Shown: positions 58,962 through 64,000 of the stretch, piece by piece | How positions within the stretch are numbered: the stretch's first letter is position 1 | Layout: each line of letters opens with the position of its first letter | Assembly (NCBI GenBank): GCA_965227515.1 | Contig: CBDDFZ010000002.1 | Coordinates: 128,001-192,000, forward strand | Direction: 5' to 3' | Source: Alphaproteobacteria bacterium | GTDB taxonomy: Bacteria > Pseudomonadota > Alphaproteobacteria > CALKHQ01 | Length of the DNA: 64,000 bases | Position numbers and translations under genes: made by a program | The notes under the pieces: model-generated | The model's database searches: none | What the model was told of the DNA's origin: nothing | Seen by the model: the letters and a program-made list of their open reading frames with translations, nothing else

Positions 58962-59813
58962 ATGACCGGCTGGAAACTTGGCTATCAGGTGAATTGTTGG
59001 GGTGCCCTGGGCGGTGACGGGGTCGGCGTGACCTCGGTCAAGGACCTCTTCTATCGGACCTTCGCCGACATGGGCGCCGCCTTCTCCGAAGCCGCGGACG
59101 CCGGTTTCACCGGTGTCGAGCTTTTCGACGGCAATCTGGTCGACTACGCCGACGATGTGGACGGTTTCCGCCGGTTGCTGACCGATACCGGCGTGTCCCT
59201 GATCGGCGTCTATTCAGGTGGCAACTACATCTATCCCGATATCCTGGAGGAGGAGTTGTGGCGGGCCGAGAAGGCCGCCAGCGTCGCCGCCCAGTGCGGG
59301 GCGGAGTTCCTGGTGGTCGGCGGCGGCGCTCAACGCGCGGGCGGCATCCGCGCCGGCGACCACGAGCAATTGGCGCGGGCGCTCGATCAGGTCTGCACCA
59401 TCGCCGAGCGGCACGGCCTTACGGCGCAGTTCCATCCGCACCTGACGACGATTGCGGAGAACCCGGAGCAGGTCGACCGCGTGTTCGCGCTGTCGCGGAT
59501 CGGGTTCTGCCCGGATACCGCGCATCTGGCGGCCGCGGGCGGCGATCCGGCGGCGATGATCCGCCAGCATTTCGACCGCATCTCCTATGTCCATCTCAAG
59601 GACTTGCGCCGTCAGCCGTTCGCGTTCCTGCCCCTCGGCGAGGGTGAGTTGGACCTGCGCGGGGTCGTGCGCACGCTGGCGGACCTGAACTACGCCGGCT
59701 GGGTGACCGTGGAGCTCGATTCACATCCCGACCCGCTTGCGGCGGCACACACCAGTGCGCGCTTTCTGGCATCCGCGATGGGCGACAACGGCATCGAGCG
59801 TGCCGATGCGTGA
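58962..59813 (+). CDS. Sugar phosphate isomerase/epimerase-family TIM barrel (IolE-like; candidate LgdB-type eliminase/hydratase)
   Basis: GF.GVE, FHPH, PDTAH, YVHLKD, PLGEG, Y.GW.TVELD; co-operonic with lgdA. Confidence 0.82.
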   Translation: MTGWKLGYQVNCWGALGGDGVGVTSVKDLFYRTFADMGAAFSEAADAGFTGVELFDGNLVDYADDVDGFRRLLTDTGVSLIGVYSGGNYIYPDILEEELWRAEKAASVAAQCGAEFLVVGGGAQRAGGIRAGDHEQLARALDQVCTIAERHGLTAQFHPHLTTIAENPEQVDRVFALSRIGFCPDTAHLAAAGGDPAAMIRQHFDRISYVHLKDLRRQPFAFLPLGEGELDLRGVVRTLADLNYAGWVTVELDSHPDPLAAAHTSARFLASAMGDNGIERADA

Positions 59814-59891
59814 CGAGGCCCCGAACACCAAGAACGTACCCAGGCGGCGCGGCTAACCGCGCCAACAACAAACAACGCAAATGGGAGGAAC

Positions 59892-61022
59892 ATGATGAGC
59901 AACCGCAAACTGCAAGATGGGGTTGGGATCATCGCCATGGTGGCGATGGCGACAGCCGTGACGACCACGATGGCGTCCGCCGATCCGCGTGCGGCGCTGG
60001 ATGAGCTGCAGCAGACCGTGCTGAGTACCGGCCCCGGCGGCGAGCAGCCGACCGCGGCGAGCGAGGTGGTGCTGAGTGACGACGAGGTCGCCCAGGTCCA
60101 GGCCATGGGGGCGACCGCCGCGCTGGTCTTCCACTATGGCGGCAACGACTGGTCGCAGGCCCAGCTTGACGGGATGACCGCGCGGTTCGCCGAGCTCGGC
60201 ATTGAGGTCGTCGCGGTCACCGATGCCGGCTTCAAGCCCGAAAAGCAGGTGTCCGACATCGAGACCGTGCTGGCGCAGGAGCCGGACATCATCGTGTCGA
60301 TCCCGGTGGACCCGGTTGCCACGGCGGATGCCTATCAGCGGGCCGCCGATTCCGGCGTGCACCTGGTCTTCATGGACAATGTGCCCGCCGGCATGACCGT
60401 GGGCGAAGACTACGTATCCGTCGTTTCCGCCGACAATTACGGCAACGGCGTTGCGTCCGCGCACCTGATGGCGGAGGCGCTGGACAGTGCCGGCAAGGTC
60501 GGCGTGATCTTTCATGCCGCCGACTTCTTCGTCACCCGCCAGCGTTACGACGCGTTCGTCGCGACCGTCGCCAGCGACTATCCGGACATTGAGATCGTGG
60601 TCGAAACCGGGATCGGCGGACCCGACTTCTCCGGCGAAGCCGAGCGGGCGGCGTCGGCCATGCTGACCGCCAACAGCGACATCGATGGCATCTGGGCGGT
60701 CTGGGACGTGCCGGCCGAGGGCGTTATCGCGGCGGCCCGCGTGGCCGGCCGCGACGATCTGGTCATCACCACCATCGACCTGGGCGAAAACGTCGCCATC
60801 AGCATCGCGCAAGAGAGCTTCGTCTACGGTCTCGGTGCCCAGCGGCCATACGACCAGGGCGTGACGGAGGCCAACCTTGCCGCCTATGCGCTTTTGGGCA
60901 AGGCGGCGCCGGACTATGTCGCGCTGCCTGCCTTGCCGGTCAGCCGTGACAATCTGATCGATGCGTGGAGCACGGTCTATCACGCCGATGCGCCCGACAC
61001 CGTGCAGAGTTCCATGGAATAG
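59892..61022 (+). CDS. CUT2 sugar ABC substrate-binding protein (candidate levoglucosan-binding protein)
   Basis: GGGAGG RBS; hydrophobic signal ending ASA; type 1 PBP motifs; adjacent to lgdA. Confidence 0.85.
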   Translation: MMSNRKLQDGVGIIAMVAMATAVTTTMASADPRAALDELQQTVLSTGPGGEQPTAASEVVLSDDEVAQVQAMGATAALVFHYGGNDWSQAQLDGMTARFAELGIEVVAVTDAGFKPEKQVSDIETVLAQEPDIIVSIPVDPVATADAYQRAADSGVHLVFMDNVPAGMTVGEDYVSVVSADNYGNGVASAHLMAEALDSAGKVGVIFHAADFFVTRQRYDAFVATVASDYPDIEIVVETGIGGPDFSGEAERAASAMLTANSDIDGIWAVWDVPAEGVIAAARVAGRDDLVITTIDLGENVAISIAQESFVYGLGAQRPYDQGVTEANLAAYALLGKAAPDYVALPALPVSRDNLIDAWSTVYHADAPDTVQSSME

Positions 61023-61060
61023 CCCAGACGGCCCCCGGGCCGAACCGCAGACCACCCCGA

Positions 61061-61084
61061 CCCGGGACGCATCGGCGTCCCGGG
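61061..61084. terminator. GC-rich hairpin after the SBP (mRNA stabiliser or attenuator)
   Basis: cccgggacgc-atcg-gcgtcccggg perfect 10-bp stem; no U-tract. Confidence 0.55.
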
Positions 61085-61118
61085 CCCCTCACTCACGTCC
61101 GGGCATGGAGACCGCACA

Positions 61119-62285
61119 ATGAGGACTATCAATATCGGCATGATCGGCAGCGGTTTCATGGGCAAGGCCCACTCGCTCGCCTACGCCGCCATGCCGATGT
61201 TCTTCTGGCCGGCACCCGCCATTCCCGTGCGTGCCATGGTGGCGGACGTGAACGAGGACCTGGCGCGCGACGCCGCCCAACGCTACGGGTACGCGCGTCA
61301 TACCGGGGACTGGCGGCAGATCATCGATGACGACGCTATCGACGTCGTCGATATCGCGACGCCCAATGACCTGCATGAGGAGATCGCGGTTGCCGCGGCA
61401 CAGGCCGGCAAGCACGTCTTCTGCGAGAAGCCGCTGGCACGGACCGCGGCGGAGAGCCGCCGCATGCTGGATGCCGTGAATGCCGCCGGCGTCACCCACA
61501 TGGTGGCATTCAACTATCGCCGCACGCCGGCGGTGACGACCGCTGCGCGTATGATCGCCAAGGGTGAGATCGGTGAGATCCTGAGTTTTCGCGGCACCTA
61601 TCTGCAGGACTGGTCGGCGGACCCCGATGCGCCGCTCTCGTGGCGGTTCCAGAAGTCGGTCGCCGGCTCCGGCGCGATGGGCGACATCGGCACCCACGTG
61701 ATCGATATGGCGCGCATGCTGGTTGGCGAGATTGTCGCGGTCAACGCGATCGCCAAGACCTATGTCCCGACGCGCCCGATTCAGGCCGGCGGGCTCGACA
61801 AGCTGGGCGCGGCCGAGAAGGGCGGCGGCGACACGCCGCGCGGCGAGGTCGATGTCGACGACGAGATCCTGACCCTGGTGCGCTTTGCCAATGGTGCGAC
61901 CGGCACCATCGAGGCCACCCGCAACGCCCATGGCCGCAACAACTTCCTGACCTTCGAAGTGCACGGCACCACGGGCTCGATCCTGTTCGACTACGAGCGC
62001 CGCGACGAACTGCAGATCTGTTTCGCCGATGACCCGGCGGACCGGAAGGGCTTCCGTACGGTCTTCACGGGTCCGTCCCATGCCTATGGCGAGGCATTGT
62101 GGCCGATCCCGGCGCTGGGCATTGGCTATGGCGAAACCAAGATCATCGAGTGCTATGACTTCATGAAGGCCATCGTCGACGGCACCCAACCGTCTCCCAA
62201 TTTCGAGGATGGCCATCGTATCGCGGTGATCACCGACGCCATTCTGGCTTCGGCCGAACAGAAGTGCTGGCTCGATGTCGCCTGA
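61119..62285 (+). CDS. lgdA: Levoglucosan dehydrogenase (Gfo/Idh/MocA family)
   Basis: GFMGKAHSLAYAAMPMFFWPAPA, CEKPLART, AFNYRRTPAV, FRGTYLQDWSADP..PLSWRFQK, EATRNAHGRNN, YERRDELQ, LWPIPALGIGYGETKIIE; these match my recollection of the characterised Pseudarthrobacter LGDH. Confidence 0.85.
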   Translation: MRTINIGMIGSGFMGKAHSLAYAAMPMFFWPAPAIPVRAMVADVNEDLARDAAQRYGYARHTGDWRQIIDDDAIDVVDIATPNDLHEEIAVAAAQAGKHVFCEKPLARTAAESRRMLDAVNAAGVTHMVAFNYRRTPAVTTAARMIAKGEIGEILSFRGTYLQDWSADPDAPLSWRFQKSVAGSGAMGDIGTHVIDMARMLVGEIVAVNAIAKTYVPTRPIQAGGLDKLGAAEKGGGDTPRGEVDVDDEILTLVRFANGATGTIEATRNAHGRNNFLTFEVHGTTGSILFDYERRDELQICFADDPADRKGFRTVFTGPSHAYGEALWPIPALGIGYGETKIIECYDFMKAIVDGTQPSPNFEDGHRIAVITDAILASAEQKCWLDVA

Positions 62286-62286
62286 T

Positions 62287-63882
62287 ATGACGGCGGACAT
62301 GCGCACCGATAACGTGGCTGCGGCGGCCGGCGACGCGCTGGCCGTCGATATGGTGGGTATCTCGAAGGCTTTTGGCGGGGTGCAGGCGTTGAAGGACGTC
62401 AGTTTCTCGGCGGAGTTCGGTGAAATCCACGCCCTGGTCGGCGAGAATGGCGCCGGCAAGTCGACGATCCTGAAGATCTTGCGCGGTGTGCATGTGCCCG
62501 ACAGCGGCGACATCAGCATCGCTGGCGTGCCGCTGACCACCCACGCCGCGGAGGCCTCCCGCCAGATGGGCGTGGCGATGATCTTCCAGGAGATGAGCCT
62601 GGTGCCATCGCTGAGCGTCGCGCAGAACGTGTTCCTGGCCCGCGAAGCGCTGAATGGCATCGGCCTGATCGACGACCGCCAAGCCGAGCGGCGGACTCGT
62701 GCGTTGTTCGAGCAACTGGGCGTGAAGATCGATCCGCGCGCGCCGGTCAGCAGCCTGAGCACCGGTCAGCGCCAGTTGACGGAGATCGCCAAGGCCCTGT
62801 CACAGGACGCGCGGGTCCTGGTGCTCGACGAACCGACGTCGGCGCTGAGTGCCAGCGAGACCGACGTGCTGTTCGCCTTCCTGCAGCGGATTCGCTCAGA
62901 GGGCGTATGTGTGATCTACGTGTCGCACCGGATGGAAGAGGTGTTTGCAATCGCCGACCGGGCAACTGTTTTGCGCGACGGCAGGCACATCATCACGGTG
63001 CCGCTTGCCGAACTGACCATGGAGGAGATGGTCCAGCACATCGTCGGGCGCCGCGTCGGGGCCTTCGCCTGGCGCGCGCACGATGTCGATCGCACCGCTA
63101 CGCCCTTGCTTTCGGTCACCGGGGTTAGTGGGGTGGAAAAGCCCACGGACGTCTCATTCGATCTCCATGCCGGCGAGATTTTGGGGATCGGCGGCCTGTT
63201 GGGCAGCGGGCGCAGCGAGCTGGCGCGCGTGTTGTGCGGCATCGACCCTCTGCGGGCAGGAACCATCCGACTGCGCGGGACGGAGATCCGTGTCTCGACC
63301 CCGCGCGACGCCATCGCACGGGGCATCGCCTTGATCCCCGAGGACCGGGTCCGCCAGGGCCTGATCCCACAGCACGATATCGGCGACAATGTGCGCCTGA
63401 CGGTGCTCGAGCGCATCTGCACCAAGGGCTTCGTCGACGATCGCAGGGGCAGGGCGCTGGTTGACGACCTGATGGGACAACTGCGGATCAAGGCGACGTC
63501 GCAGGACACCCTGGTGCGCAACCTCTCCGGCGGCAACCAGCAAAAGGTGGTGCTCGCCAAATGGCTGGCGGCGACCCCGGACATTCTGGTGCTGGACGAA
63601 CCGACAGCCGGTGTCGACATCGGCAGCAAGGTCGAGATCGTCGACTTGATCCGGGCGATGGCCGATGCCGGCAAGGGCATCATCTTCATCTCGTCGGAGC
63701 TGGCCGAGCTGCTGGCGGCCAGCGACCGCATCGTGGTCCTCAACGACGGTCGGCTGGCCAGGGAGATCAGCCGCGAGGAGATCAATGGCTGGTCGGCGGA
63801 CCTGACCGAGCCGGATGCACGCATTGCGGCTTCGGAGCATGGTTTGCAATTGGCGATGCAGCAGGCGGCCGGTCATGCCTGA
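62287..63882 (+). CDS. CUT2 sugar ABC ATP-binding protein (two ATPase domains, RbsA-like)
   Basis: GENGAGKST; LDEPT; YVSHR; IPEDR; LSGGNQQK; ISSEL; start uncertain (62275-62299). Confidence 0.93.
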   Translation: MTADMRTDNVAAAAGDALAVDMVGISKAFGGVQALKDVSFSAEFGEIHALVGENGAGKSTILKILRGVHVPDSGDISIAGVPLTTHAAEASRQMGVAMIFQEMSLVPSLSVAQNVFLAREALNGIGLIDDRQAERRTRALFEQLGVKIDPRAPVSSLSTGQRQLTEIAKALSQDARVLVLDEPTSALSASETDVLFAFLQRIRSEGVCVIYVSHRMEEVFAIADRATVLRDGRHIITVPLAELTMEEMVQHIVGRRVGAFAWRAHDVDRTATPLLSVTGVSGVEKPTDVSFDLHAGEILGIGGLLGSGRSELARVLCGIDPLRAGTIRLRGTEIRVSTPRDAIARGIALIPEDRVRQGLIPQHDIGDNVRLTVLERICTKGFVDDRRGRALVDDLMGQLRIKATSQDTLVRNLSGGNQQKVVLAKWLAATPDILVLDEPTAGVDIGSKVEIVDLIRAMADAGKGIIFISSELAELLAASDRIVVLNDGRLAREISREEINGWSADLTEPDARIAASEHGLQLAMQQAAGHA

Positions 63883-64000
63883 TATCGGAACGCGGGGCCA
63901 GCGCGCCGATCGGCTCGCATCCATCGATTGGCGGCAATACGTCATCTACATCGGGTTCGTGATCGTTTTCGTGTTCTTCGCGGTCACCCTGTTCGACAAG
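63875..64000 (+). CDS. CUT2 sugar ABC permease, 5' part; runs off the right edge
   Basis: Manual translation MPDIGTRGQRADRLASIDWRQYVIYIGFVIVFVFFAVTLFDK; overlaps the ATPase stop. Confidence 0.75.
   Translation, partial: MPDIGTRGQRADRLASIDWRQYVIYIGFVIVFVFFAVTLFDK

Noticed and set aside
58962-62285. myo-inositol catabolism (iolE/iolG)
   Set aside because: No iolB, iolC or iolD in the window, and the dehydrogenase motifs fit levoglucosan dehydrogenase better

Overview
High-GC bacterial DNA, most consistent with an alphaproteobacterium (inferred from gene families, REP-like repeats and IS types). The window is almost entirely catabolic and uptake modules. (1) 1-17.3 kb: arabinofuranoside region with three ATPase-less CUT1 sugar ABC operons, GH51 and GH127 hydrolases, an aldo-keto reductase, an ArsR-type regulator and a LacI regulator with two shared operators. 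(2) 17.4-18.7 kb: decayed IS3 element, truncated anti-sigma factor and an ECF sigma pseudogene. (3) 19-39 kb: IclR-linked hydroquinone ring-cleavage operon (two-subunit dioxygenase, semialdehyde dehydrogenase, CoA-transferase, maleylacetate reductase, Liv-type ABC, Rieske protein). It converges on an AraC-linked operon encoding a KstD-like flavoprotein, an NTF2-fold protein and a sugar-type ABC with a fused ATPase-permease. (4) 39-47 kb: enolase-family fragment, Liv-type ABC with GAF protein and amidohydrolase, and an internally deleted IS6. (5) 47-56 kb: LacI-linked sugar ABC with CoA-transferase, crotonase, GMC oxidoreductase and AroE-like dehydrogenase. (6) 56-64 kb: probable levoglucosan utilisation locus. 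Its divergent ROK regulator has degenerate sugar-binding motifs and is coupled to a signal-peptide-less paralog of the locus's own solute-binding protein. No rRNA, tRNA or CRISPR array was seen. All family assignments come from motif recognition; no database searches were run.
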